This document shows positions 28,111 through 41,388 of a stretch of 60,680 bases of DNA, piece after piece. This DNA is from Octopus bimaculoides (Eukaryota). The stretch spans positions 48,963,845 through 49,024,524 of the forward strand of contig NC_068992.1 of NCBI RefSeq assembly GCF_001194135.2. The letters are read 5' to 3'. Both the position numbers and the translations under genes were made by a program. A model generated the notes under the pieces. That model was not told the origin of the DNA. It searched no databases and worked only from the letters and a program-made list of their open reading frames with translations. Position 1 is the first letter of the stretch. Each line of letters begins with the position of its first letter.

Positions 28111-29320
28111 GGTGCTTAATTTATATATTAAACCACGGTTTGCCCTTAAATTACCATCTACTGTTAACCCTACAGCAAGGCCTATACATAGTTAGGTAAT
28201 GCACCAGTAGTTCCTAGGGATACATTTATCCCTTAGACTGTTACATAACCTCTAACTCATAATTTATATATATATATATATATTTGAATTATTCTTAAAT
28301 AAGAATGTCGTTCAAGTCGCTGTCAACAACATACTTGTTTACGAATAATAAATTTGTACTCTACAAAAATATATACTATCCTATCAGATTAATGTAAAAT
28401 TGTTTTTATTATGATTGAGCATAAAAACAAACATTAATTTATGGGGGGGGAGGTCGAAAATTAAAGAAAATTGTTTCCTCCGTCTTTATTAATTTTATTA
28501 AACCTAACAATTTATCGTCCAGTTTCTTAATCTTCACAGCCCCTTTACGGTTGGACCCTCTGTCCAAAGAGAGATATTGCTTCATTTCCGGGTAACTAAT
28601 CTGATCACAAAGGCAGCTACACTAGAAATAATTCCGTAGAAAAGTATAAAAGTATGTGCACAAAGTTTCTGTCGTTCAATCGATAAAATGTTGTTATTAG
28701 GAAAATTTGGGATGCGTTTATCATCACAATCCAGACCCTGTATGAAATATCGCTTTTCTGTTCAATGATCAATCATGTTGGCTTTCTTTTTCACAGACAC
28801 GGTAATAGCAGCAAACTCGATTACTTGCAACAAATACATAATCGAAACAAAGTCATGGTGTGACAGAGACGTCACTGATTTTGCCAAGCTTTAAATTATT
28901 CAGCATGGCAGTCATTTGTAAGAGTTAAAAGTGTTTTAACACTGTTTCAAGTGACCAACTGAGATCAAACGAGCAGACCAACTGGTACGTGATACTTTGG
29001 ATAGACAGTAAGCACAAGACGCGATGGATACTACTGATAGTAAAAACGTCATTGATGTAACGTTTTTACAGGTTCTACAGTGATTCAAATTTAGTTTTAA
29101 TCAGTTTAAATAAAATATGAAATGGTAGAGCCTGTATTTGTTTTTTAGTTTGCGTTACACACAGTAAATCGGATGACATGTTCATGGAACAAAGGACCTT
29201 TATATCTCGTTCAGATAATCAGAAATTCGATTCGCAGTTTGACTACATGTGCGTGTGCGTGTGTGTACGTGTTTGTGTATGCGTGTGTGTGTGTGTGTGT
29301 GTATTCATATACATATGTGT

Positions 29321-29363
<43 letters not shown>

Positions 29364-29976
29364 CATATATATATATATGTATACACACACACACACACAC
29401 ACACTGTCAAACTGCCAACATTGGTTAATCGATTGTACCTGTAATTCGTAAGACCTTGTTGCACACGGGGTGACGTTCATTCTGTTTCTCGTCCACATTG
29501 ACATTAATTTGATGAACACGTGATTCAATTGATTGAAAAGCTGAACATTCATCATCTCAACCGATGGAGATCCCTCCATGTATGCATACATGTATGTATG
29601 CATGTATGTATGCATGTATGTAGCTCACACTTCACACCATCTCCCTATTTCTCATATATCTATGGTTTTATCATACTGTTACTCTCCCAGCCCCTACGTT
29701 TTATGGATTTCCTCCTATCTATCTTCCTTACATTACCCAAACCTGACATTTACCCTTGTTCTTCTATGCTCACCATTCACTTCGATTCTCATCTGTACCG
29801 TCTATCATATTCCTTTCACACATTTGCGAACCTATTCATACAGCCATCCTCGATTCTAGATCCCTATTCTTTATCCTCCCTCCTTTTATTTTTAGGATAC
29901 GTCTTGACACCTCTTCTCCGCCATCTTTTCACCTTTTCTAACTGGGGTAGCCATGTACTTCCTCTACATCGAGACA

Positions 29977-30186
29977 ACACCTAAAGCTCCACGAGGCTCC
30001 GGCAGGAGGTGGTGGCGATCTCTGTTGTACTCTTCCGCCACATCTTTCTCTCACTCTTTCTTCCTGTTTCTTGAGTAACGCTGCGATGGACTGGCGTCCC
30101 GTCCAGCTGGGGTGAGAAGCACACATACGCCATAGAAACCGGGAAACTGGGCCCATGAGCCTGGCTAGGCTTGAAAAGGGCGCATA
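29977..30186 (+). mobile_element. SINE fragment sharing the family B middle module but with a different 3' part
   Basis: 29977-30070 matches about 40089-40180, then continues ctgcgatggactggcgtcccgtccag...aaaagggcgcata into (GATA)n. Confidence 0.7.
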
Positions 30187-30194
30187 AATAAAAT

Positions 30195-30240
<46 letters not shown>

Positions 30241-30250
30241 NNNNNNNNNN

Positions 30251-30306
<56 letters not shown>

Positions 30307-30329
30307 GCGGACATACATACATACATACA

Positions 30330-30362
<33 letters not shown>

Positions 30363-30821
30363 GTGCGTGTATACATAAATACACATATTTGCAAATATGT
30401 GCGTACATATGTTGACAGATTACCAAGCGGTACAAAATTCACGACACGGATAAATAATTATAATCGCCATCATAAGCTTCTCTAGAAACAAATCCGAAGT
30501 TTATATGTTCTTAGCTGAGCCCATTTTAAGAGCAGGTGTCATTCAGCAGGAAATAGGTGTTACGCAATTGGTCACAGGGGATTTCATCATGCGATGTGGA
30601 CGCAGATTTTGCTGTATGGATTATGTTTGATGCCAACAGAAAACGTAATATATTTTGTTTATTATACATGATTCTGAGGCAAAGTGAAATTTTTTTGTTG
30701 TAACCGAAAACTACTTATAAAAGACGAGGTTAAACATTTGTTAATGGAGAAATAATCAAATTAAATTTACAGCAAAAATCTCGCTTGATGATGTTTGTAA
30801 TTCTATCGCTAGTAGCTGTGT

Positions 30822-30893
<72 letters not shown>

Positions 30894-31377
30894 AGGGAGA
30901 GACAGAGGAAGAGTGAGAGAGAGGGAGGGAGGGTGAGAGAGTGAATGCGCATGCATGTTTAAATGTGTTTGGATATACATGTATGTCTATATATAAAATG
31001 TCTACACATACTTTATACGTATATATACATTGCATTTGATTACATACATAAATATTTGTATTTATTCAGATGTATGTTGAAAAGGATTACGTAATTTTAC
31101 GATTTGAAAATTTGTAAACTGTATTTGAAGCTCTACAACTGCTGATAATGGCTTTGGGAACTTGACTATTCCAAATAAACCGCCAAGAAACAAAGATTTA
31201 AATAAAAAAAATAACTTGATAAAAATATATTTATAAACTGGATAACTTAGTTATTTTTGTTTTTTCAAGCATGGCTAAAAGTATTGTTGTCAATAAAGGG
31301 TATGTGTTGATGATGGTGGGGGACATATGTAGTTCTGCATATGTGTATTGCGAGTGGATATACATATATACATAATC

Positions 31378-31417
<40 letters not shown>

Positions 31418-31753
31418 TGTATGTCTGCATATGTTTTAATATGAGTATGTATGTATGTATGTATGTATGTATGTATGTATGTATGTATGTATGTATGTGT
31501 GAATATGCAGCCGTATATATAATCGTGTGCGTGTGGATATGCGACCATACATGTATGTATATATGTGTAGATATGTAGGTGTAGAAATGTATGTGTGTGT
31601 AGCTAAATAACCGTATATGTATTTGAGTATATGTATATGCGTATGGATTTCTATATCCCTACATGTGTGTGTGTGTGTGTGTGTGTTGAGCCTGGTTAGC
31701 TACTTTATATAGCAAAATATTTATTGATGGAGTACTCAAAATTAATAGTAGAC

Positions 31754-31794
<41 letters not shown>

Positions 31795-31804
31795 NNNNNN
31801 NNNN

Positions 31805-31839
<35 letters not shown>

Positions 31840-32868
31840 GATTAAAATTAAAAAATTAAAAAATTTGGCATCGCCCGAAAAACATTTAATTCAGATAGAG
31901 AATATAACCGTATAGAATCCACGTTGTTATTTATCATTCATTGGATCGTGGATCAGCGTAACGCATATCTATTTCACTCTGATCCAACCTTCATTTTTTG
32001 CCAAACAGGAATTTACTAGTATACTCAATTGGGGATGATATTTCTTTACTTCTACATTTATCTGACTTCTCCCTCTCTGATGACGATATACTCAGCTTAT
32101 CGAATCCTTACACAATATCATGACTGTAAGAGACTCTGTATGTTTATATTCTCAATCTAAATTAAATGGGGTTTTTTTTCTTTCCGGGTGATGCCAAATG
32201 CTTTGCTGTTTCATTTTCTATTTTCATCTGTATCCACCCGCTGAAGGAGAAATCACTTCTTGCCGCCTTCCATGGGAAGTCTCAACACCGCATGTAAACA
32301 GCTCTTCGAAAATTAAGGGAAAGAACAGAACTGATAAGAAACCTATATCTTTTATATTGGGGCTTCAGATTCTCATTTGTTCTTATAATCATAGGTCACT
32401 GGGTTACTGTTGTGTCGACCCCCCAAGCGAAGAAGTAGGATCGCCCAAGACATATAAATAGAGGTAGTCTGACCGTGGTAGGGAGTTGAGTAGCTGTCGT
32501 GTAGCGGTTGAGTAGAGATCATCCGAAGGTGCTAGATAGCAGTAGCTTGAGACATAACAGTTACCTAACAGCTGATTTGCATAGAAGCCTAGAAATGCTT
32601 GGATTCTTAAAAAAAAGGGGGGGGTACAGAGCAAAATGATTTGCATTCTCCAGATACAAATGTTCAATGAAAAAAAATTATAAAAGGTTTCTGCTTTTGA
32701 GTTGCTTAACTGAACATATGCCCACAGCCAGATATACGTATGGAAATCGTGTATATACACACACAGAGACAATTACAAAACATGCACTCTTGTGTTCTAT
32801 TGTAACATACGCGCCCACGGAGGAAATTTTATCCCCACACATGCACATCCACACAATACGCACACATA

Positions 32869-33086
32869 CGAGGGGATACTGAAAAGTTCCTGGCTTCAAG
32901 GGTATCGCGAAAGACCTGGTTGGAGGCCCAACCTTCCGAGTTCTTTTACAAGGCTTATAAAAACTGAAGGACCATTGCAATATGTGTGTGAATCTGTGAG
33001 GAGATTATGTTGGATAAAATCATAACTAACTGCTCCACTTGTATTTCCTTTTACCCAAACCCAGGAACTTTTCAGCACCCCACTCG
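32869..33086 (+). mobile_element. Mariner-derived MITE (218 bp)
   Basis: TIRs cgaggggatactgaaaagttcctgg / ccaggaacttttcagcaccccactcg flanked by TA on both sides. Internal remnant CNMCVNL*GDYVG* resembles a mariner transposase C-terminus. Confidence 0.85.
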
Positions 33087-33234
33087 TATATACAGACATC
33101 AACGAAATCAGGTAACTACAAACACCAAGAACTGTCATGACTTAAGCAAAAGAGCCTTGTCATTTTGTTAGTGACCCGTCTGAATTCTGCAAAGGAAAAA
33201 AGAACTTAAAATAAATCCAAAAGAAACATACATG

Positions 33235-33600
33235 CATTTGTGTTAATGCAATGCGTGTGTTAGTGATGTATGTATGTTAAAGTGTCGTGTGTGTTCAAGT
33301 TATGGCTTTTTAATGCGATGCGTTTGTGTGCTAATGTGATGTATGAATAATGTAACGAATGTGCTAATGTAAATCATGTGTTCATAATATGTGTATGTGT
33401 GTTTGTGTGTATGTTACTGCAATCTGTGTGGTAATGTGATATTGCGTTAATGATATGTGTTAATGTGTGCTAGTGCAATGCGTGCGTTAATGTAATGTAG
33501 TTACTAATATATGTTAATGCGATGTATATGCATTTTTTTAAATGTCGTGTATTAATGCTTGTTAATGTGAGTGCGTGTTTGTTAGTGTGGAGCGTGCATG
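33235..33600. repeat. Degenerate ~17-bp minisatellite (tgtgttaatgcaatgcg-like) just downstream of the 400-bp exon
   Basis: Recurrent gtgt(g)ttaatg/gtgctaatg units. Confidence 0.6.
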
Positions 33601-33629
33601 TGTGTGAATATATACATTTTAATTCATAC

Positions 33630-34029
33630 CAAGGTAGGGTAAACTGTCGGAATTCGGCGGCAAGTTTTCGGTGATCACCAACTGGAAAACAGCAAGCGAC
33701 AGCAAAACTGTGACACTGACAGAGACTTTTTCTCCAGATTCTGGTGGCAAGAAGAATCCGATGAGCGTAATACCAGAAATAATCATACAGGGATAAATCA
33801 AATTGAGCAACTGAATGGCGGGTTTACGAGATAGTCGAATGGTAAAAACCACTTCTGAGAATGTATATTTGCAACAGGAATATAGTTTTTGGTAAGAATG
33901 TATTGACAATTCCGCTAATTTCCATTCACTACTTTTGACATAATATCTCTTGTCTCCGTCGGTTTTGTTATTCATCACCATCACTTCGTTATCAGTGTAG
34001 GCCCACGATCCAAACGTCAGATTGCATAC
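33630..34029 (-). CDS. nAChR internal exon, 400 bp: end of Cys loop, loops B/F/C, M1, M2 and M2-M3 linker
   Basis: Acceptor ttctttaccaag, donor gtatga at 33629. Translates VCNLTFGSWAYTDNE...LYSCCKYTFSEVVFTIRLSRKPAIQLLNLIYPCMIISGITLIGFFLPPESGEKVSVSVTVLLSLAVFQLVITENLPPNSDSLPYL+G. Confidence 0.98.
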
Positions 34030-36019
34030 CTTGGTAAAGAAAAGAAGAAAATGAAAAGAAATACAATTATTTATTATATCTGAGATTATTAATTTTCGGA
34101 TTATTAACTTCGTTTTAAGATATGAAAATTTTGTTGTTTATGAATATTTTACATTGCATTTCGATCAGATTGTCATCAGGTGATTAACCATCTTCAATAT
34201 AGGACAGTTATTACACGTTGATTTGAAATAAGAGTTTCGTTCGGTTCATACCCAGGAATAACATAAGAAAACAGGGAGAGAAAAGAAGAAACAGAAATAG
34301 ATGAAGAAGATAAGGTTAAGATAAGGTTCTTTGCATTTCCTGTTGTGGGTGTTCTTCCTCTTAGCCTACTCTTAGCTACCCACCTCCACTTATTATTTCG
34401 TTTTGCTTCCTCTCCCTTCAGCACTACTAAACGAATCACATTTGCCAATCTCTTGAAGAAGGGGAACCGAACTTACTGTAGTATCTTTATGTGATTGGTC
34501 ACCAATTACATACCCATGACTTTTTGAATATACTACCAGCAAATTATGACTATTGCATAACTCCTGGTTTCCTGAAACAGCTGTCGAGTTAATACATTGC
34601 ATAATTTCTTTATATTTTATTCTGTATTTATTGTGCTCCATATCAAACCTGACAATGTTTTCCAAAGCGATTTGGATTTTTCTTATAGCCATACTTGACG
34701 CTGTGACCCTTACCCTGGTTGAAGAAGTCGGAGTTTTAGTTCAAATTCATTTGAGCACAACTATGTATTTTCTATAGTTAGCTGATCTAGCTCTCACCTA
34801 TTCACTGTATATCCAGTGATAAGATTACGAATAAAATATAGAGTAGATGTAAACTATAGAAATATATTAAAAGATATTAAGATTATTTTAATAGTATGGG
34901 TCATCTGCAAATGAATAAAATTCCACACAAAAATAAATAGAATAGTACAAAACGTTAAGCAACAGTATTGGCTTTAATGTTTCGAGGGGGGGTTGAAGAG
35001 AGTATTGAACAAAGTAATTTAGTAAAATGAAGATGGCATTGGGCAAAATAGCCGTGAATTGGTAGAATTAAAGTGCATCGAGTAAATTGGCGGTGGATTG
35101 GTAGAATGAATAAAGCATCGGACAAGATGTCGGCGGACTGATAGAATCATGAGTACATCGGAAACGATATTTTGTGTTATTTAGTTGTTCTGACTAGGTC
35201 ATTTTAGCCTTTCGTACTTTTGGTTTGTTAAGATTAAATACCAGTCATGTACTTATATCAATGTTATCCGGAAATATGCGACATAGATCGAACTGATGTC
35301 ACCAGTATTTTGCGAGGGAATTGCCAAGGTCATAAGCACAATGTGTTCTACAGGCTAAGTCATAAAACAAATAACACAACATAGTATCAATAACACAACA
35401 CTACAATAACACTACAATAATACAACATAATATCAATAAGATCGAGTTCGACCTTCTGGTTGATAGAATATTACACCAACGACATATTCAACGCGAGAGC
35501 CTCTATCTACGTGGTCACTACATACACAAGAAATAACAGCTGAATTCTTTCATATCCCACCCTACCGTCTTAAAATAAATATGGCCGCATTAGACAACAT
35601 CATCCATCCTACAGGCTGTTAAAACAAGGAATAGCCACAACCAGAATGCTTTTAATCATAAGCCTGTTCAATGAAGACCAGCCTAGTGTTAAATGACAAC
35701 TACTAACAACATAGCTATATATATATNNNNNNNNNNTGATTATCTTGCTATGAGTATAACTCTGTGTAAATAGTAAAACAATATCATTAAATTTTCCAAT
35801 AAATATAATGAAAATCACAATTTTAATGTTACATTAATGATTATTCAAATATTAGAATATCTCATATATGTCTTAAATAAATATTTCACTTCCTTAATGT
35901 TTGTAATTGAAAATTAGATCTACATATCCCCAAAATTATTAAAATAAGTCATAAATCAGTAGAACGATGGCTAAAATGCCTTCTAATATTTATTATTCCG
36001 CCCTCGTGTTATTACGGAT

Positions 36020-36190
36020 ATCAAGCTGGCAAAATAGTTAGCCTGCCGGAAAAAATGCCTTGCAATATTTGTTCCTGTTCTTTACATTCCGAGTTCAAAT
36101 CCCGCCAAGGTTAACTTTGCCTTTCATCCTTCTTGGCTCAATATAATAAACTGTCAGTCTAGTATTGGTGTCAATGATAATCACTAACCC
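36020..36190 (+). mobile_element. Family C SINE
   Basis: caagctggcaaaatagttagc...gagttcaaatcccgccaaggttaactttgcctttcatcct is the plus-strand version of family C. Confidence 0.7.
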
Positions 36191-36264
36191 TACTCTCCCA
36201 CAACATTTCAGCTAATTATGATTTTATTCAAGATATTCTCCTCTCAGATTCACACGCTTATAGC

Positions 36265-36362
36265 AGCGGTCCCTCGGTTTTTCTAAGCCCTGTAAAAGAA
36301 CTCGGAAGGTTGAGCCTTTCGCAATACCCTTAAAGCTAGGAACTTTTCAGCAGCCCCTTCTA
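36265..36362 (-). mobile_element. Partial second copy of the mariner-derived MITE
   Basis: Reverse complement of the left half of 32869-33086 (gtaaaagaactcggaaggttg...ctaggaacttttcagc). Confidence 0.7.
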
Positions 36363-37586
36363 TATCAACTATCTCCTCATCCTTAGATAAATTCTATACT
36401 CTGACTATCCTTTGTCACATATCTCTTACATTCCTTTTTTGTTTGAAATTTACCAATGTCTGATATCTCCTTTCGGCTTAATGTCTGTAAATTATGAGTT
36501 TCTGTTGTTGTTAGTGGCACTTCTAATGTCGTATATAACTTTGCGTTTTCATTTGTCAAGTTGTGACTTTGCCTCTATGTCCGTTTCACTGTCACTTTTT
36601 GGTTTATTGTTTTGTTTAATCCGTTCTTGCTTCTTTTTTTTTTCTTCTTTTTTTTTCTCAAACATTTTGAGGTCATATTGAATTACTAGTAAACAAAGTA
36701 AAATAGATGTTTGCAAAAGATAGACGAAAATTAAAATATCTGTGAACGAACGGGAAAAGCGTCCAAATAATCCGGGGTCATTTGTTGGTAAACAAACCCA
36801 AAAACTGTTTTTCCATGAGAGAATCTTGAAAGAAAATATATTCTAGGTGAAGATCTATGAAATTGCGTGCGTCTGCTTCAAAGAATAACGAAAATAACAA
36901 TCACTATTTCTACAAAACTATCATGTTAAACTCATTACTAAAAAATGCATTTACTGAAAATTTTAAAATGTGTTCTCCAAAAATATCCTAACAAAAGCAA
37001 GTGATACAAATAAATCGGTTAAATTCATCCTGTGGACTGTAAAAAAACGCCTCTTTAATTACAGTTAAATCTTAATTAAGTTCCAATTACAATATATTGT
37101 TATCGTCCTTCTTTAAAATAACCTAATGATTAATTCAAGATATTAACACGTTTATGTTAAATCTAACAAATGAGGGTTTCTATAGCGATTACTATAATAA
37201 AACTAAATAAACGAACCAGCAAGATCAAAACTGGAAAACTGCCATTGTCAGATGCACATTTTTCCTCTATAAGCGCAAACTTCATAAATAAGTGTTTGCT
37301 TATTGATGTGTTGCATGATTTTTATTGCACACTTATTGTCAAATCTATATCTATATAATACTTCTACGTAAATACGTATCATCTAATTATAGGACAGGAG
37401 TTGCCTAGCTGCCTGGTACTTGAAAGAAATCTCGATATTGTAATCATTCTATCGTCGGAGTTGTATGTTCGCTCTACAAAATCGCTCTAGATTGAATGAA
37501 TTCATTTTCTTTTTCTGAAGTATTTTACATAATTTTTATATTTCAGAAGCATCATAGCTAATAATAAAACCTATAAACATTCATCG

Positions 37587-37863
37587 GTTGTTGTTTGTCT
37601 ATATTTCCCTTCTTTCTCAAGAGCAGTTGTTGTTCGTCTATATTCCTAAAAATTGTTTTCACCCCATCAACTTTCGGATTTTTTAATACGTACATATTTT
37701 TCAAATCCCTGCTGAGATGTAACAACAGTGAAAGCAGTTTAAAATCAAACATTTGGAAATATGTATCCATTGAAAAGGTCAAAGGTTGACGAAGAAAAAT
37801 ATTATTTGTGGGGATATAGACGAACAATTACTGCTTTGGAAAAAGGAGAAAGCAACAAACAAC
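37587..37863. repeat. Inverted repeat, ~70-bp arms with ~130-bp spacer
   Basis: 37587-37660 (…agagcagttgttgttcgtctatattcc…) versus 37794-37863 (…gggatatagacgaacaattactgctttgg…). Confidence 0.65.
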
Positions 37864-39988
37864 TTGTGTCTGCTTATTGACTTCATTAACCATGACTCTA
37901 CCGAAACACAAAAATATTGGCATTCCGTGTATCTTAATTAACGTGGATATATTGTCGGAAGCCAAAAAACTGCGGTATTCGTCTCGAAAAAGCATCTCGT
38001 ACAGATATATAGAGTTATATAGAGCTAAATAAGTATATCAGTAGCAGACGAAAAGTGTCCAACAATGGCGGCGGAACGGTTAAATCAGGATTTCTGTTTC
38101 TTTGAAGATCATCAGTAGTAGATATTCACTGGTAGCTGCATACTTAAATTTAACCTCTATTGATTATAGAAAAACAGTCATTAATAAATCACTGGCCTTG
38201 CAAATGGCCGGCTGCAGGGGGAAATTTTGTTATTAGTAACTGTTTCATGTCAAAATTGCTGCAAAATAAGTTCAAAATTCAATGCTACGTAATCATCACC
38301 ACACAGTTACTGTCAACTTTCACGTTAGGCGGTACAGTCCAAATATACGACATGTATTTATGCAATCAGACTACAAAGCTCTTACAATTTTGACCGTACG
38401 GAATCTCGGTTATAATTGCAGAACGCTAGTTGTCAGAGCTATATTCTTTCTTTAAGACCTCTACTTTTAGAACTAATACTGATGTTGTTTCTTTTGTGGT
38501 TGTTTCGCCCTGAGCCAGCCCTGAATGTGTATTTTCATCAAGTCAGTATACCCTATAATGGCTCTGTCGTTGGCTCGCTTCCAGAATTAATCAACTTGTT
38601 TCCTGTACGGAGTGTTACATGATTATTATTTCGTACACTTATTATCAAACTTATGCTACCGGATGATTAAATTTGTGATCGATTCTACACAGATTTATAC
38701 AAATCAGAGGAGAAAAAAAACACATGCAGTGCCGACTGCACCAAAATTTGATCGAATGTCCGATCATTCAGTTATCACATTGACATGTTCTCTTTCAGAA
38801 GAGTGAAGTAGAGACTGGATTAAAGGAGCTTTTTGAGAGTAAGGGTAAATAAGATGTATTATTATTACGGAAAATTAATTAACTCTGTGGCTGTGTGTTG
38901 TGTTATATTAAGGAAAGATCACAATAGAAAGATTGTATTATGTAAACAAAGGACAAAACTATCAAATATAAGTTTATTAATGTTCACGTTTGTTAGCAGC
39001 AATTTATCATGGTGTCTTTATGTTTGTTTTTATGTTTGTCTGTTTAACAGAGAACAGAACTAAAAAGTTCCTTAAGTGGGGTGAGAAGGTCAGCAGAAGA
39101 AATATGAAAACTGGACTGATGAGAATGTAAATCATGGCTTCAGATGCATATGTATGTATATATATATGTGTATATATANNNNNNNNNNNNNNNNNNNNNN
39201 NNNNNNNNNNNNNNNNNNNNNNNNNNNNNNNNNNNNNNNNNNNNNNNNNNNNNNNNNNNNNNNNNNNNNNNNNNNNNNNNNNNNNNNNNNNNNNNNNNNN
39301 NNNNNNNNNNNNNNNNNNNNNNNNNNNNNNNNNNNNNNNNNNNNNNNNNNNNNNNNNNNNNNNNNNNNNNNNNNNNNNNNNNNNNNNNNNNNNNNNNNNN
39401 NNNNNNNNNNNNNNNNNNNNNNNNNNNNNNNNNNNNNNNNNNNNNNNNNNNNNNNNNNNNNNNNNNNNNNNNNNNNNNNNNNNTATATATATATATATCA
39501 ATGTAAAATATATTAGATATATATTTCACGAAATTTCAACATTATCTGATATAGAACTTGATACGCTGGTTAGAGTGTATTCATGTGTTTATGATATCAA
39601 AACTCTGAGTCCATTTAGAGTTTCGACCTGAGCCGCCAAACTGTTTGCAAAACAGCCCCATGATGATTCCTTTGACGCCCATATTCCTTCCACAAATTCT
39701 TCTTCTCTTGAAATTGGTCCTGCATTAATTTTTATTTTATTTTCACCCAGTTCTTGATAAAAAAAAATATATCTTTTGGAGTTGAAGTCTAACTGTTTCC
39801 TTCACTTCTAACCAAACGGTGGTGTTGTACTAATGTTGGTGACTTAGTAAATATTAGTATTACTACCTTTAGTTTAGAAATAAAGGCCCCTAGTTCAAAC
39901 CCCACCCGTGTCATTTTTTTTCTCTCCGCTGCTTTCGCGGATTCCCATGACTCGCTGTCGTCATCCGATTCCATTATCATGAATATAG

Positions 39989-40368
39989 TGGAGGCGCAAT
40001 AGCCCAGTGGTTAGGGTAGCGGACTCGCTGTCGTAAGACCGTGGTTTCGATTCCCAGACCGGGTGTTGTGAGTGTTTATTGAGTGAAAACGCCTAAAGCT
40101 CCACGAGGCTCAGGCAGGGGATGGTGGCGAACCCTGCTGTACTCTTTCACCACAACTTTCTCTCACTCTTACTTCCTGTTTCTGTTGTGCCTGTAATTCA
40201 AAGGGTCAGCCTTGTCACACACTGTGTCACGCTGAATATCCCCGAGAACTGCGTTAAGGGTACACGTGCCTGTGGAGTGCTCAGCCACTTGCACGTTAAC
40301 TTCACGAGCTGGCTGTTCCGTTGATTGGTTCAACTGCAACACTCGTCGTCGTAGCCGACGGAGTGCCA
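39989..40368 (+). mobile_element. Full-length tRNA-derived SINE, family B, with target-site duplication
   Basis: Head with A box (tagcccagtgg) and B box (ggtttcgattc). Flanked by attatcatgaatata (39973-39987) and actattatgaatata (40371-40385), a 13/15 match. Confidence 0.85.
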
Positions 40369-41249
40369 CTACTATTATGAATATAAATTGGGAACTTGAG
40401 TCATTGAGAATCTTTCATTAGCTGATTACACAACCATAGACTTCAGTCCTATAGATGCGATGCAGTTAACTCTCTTGTTCAAGCTCGGTGATCCTGACCT
40501 TCGGTCTTCTAGGATTCCTCCGCTCAATGTAAGAACTACCATTGGCTCAGTTGATCTCTTCTACTACTTCTTCACAATCCGCCATGCCGCAGTCCTATGA
40601 TTTCGCGGTATCCCTGACAGTGTGGCTGAACCGGTGCTGTGCCTTGCCAAAGGGCAGTCCGTAACTATGCGGGGCACGGTCGTTTCTCAAAATGCCCGCA
40701 TACTCATCTATCTACGTGTCTATTTACGTTCATATCCAGCGATATATAGAAAATATTCTAAGTATACACACTAGAAGTTAATAGACAAGAAAATTACAAA
40801 ATTAATACTCAGAACAATTACGTTTACTTTTCTTCTTTATGCTGAGGTTGTTGTTTAGACGTGAATCGCCTCGATTCATATAAATTTATAACCAAAGTCT
40901 TTTCAGCTGACACCATCTCATCTATTTTAAGATATGTCCTTTAAATTATTCCTTAAGCTTTATCTCTTAAATTTCACCCTACCAAGTTATTGACTGTTAT
41001 TTCTAGCAGCAAGGATAACCATGTTTAGGCTCCCACTTAAAGTCGTTTCTGTTTTGGTGTGGTGGTGGGGGGGGGAGAAGGTGGGATAGTTTGTTTGTTT
41101 GTTTGTATGTTTTTGTTGTTGTTTGTTTTTTGTTTTTTTGTTTTGAACGTTTTAATGTAGTTACTACTCGTGTGACATTGCATGACATTCGTGATTAGCC
41201 ACCATTCTCAAACAATAAGAAATGTTTAAAAGAAATCACAAAGACTTAC

Positions 41250-41388
41250 TTGTTGATCGAAGGGAAAACGTTTTATATCGATCTGGCACACAGATTTCAA
41301 AACTGACGGGAAGTGGTATTTCACAGACCCATCATGGAAAACCCTGGCTCTGTAATATTCTTTGATGCCTTTCAATACGTATTCCGAG
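41250..41388 (-). CDS. nAChR internal exon, 139 bp: (N)SEYVLKGIKEYYRARVFHDGSVKYHFPSVLKSVCQIDIKRFPFDQQ (loop E and first part of Cys loop)
   Basis: Polypyrimidine tract plus catccag acceptor, gtaagt donor at 41249. 1 nt plus 46 codons completes the phase-2 codon AA|C. Contains C-x-ID-x3-FPFD-x-Q. Not in the ORF track. Confidence 0.95.

Noticed and set aside
33630-34029. Calling the gene an octopus chemotactile receptor
   Set aside because: It retains vicinal loop C cysteines and most aromatic-box residues, which those receptors characteristically lack. A phylogeny is needed for a firm assignment.
39989-40060. tRNA gene calls for SINE heads (also 17569, 47786-47856, 55560-55632)
   Set aside because: A and B boxes are present, but the cloverleafs are incomplete and each continues into SINE body sequence.
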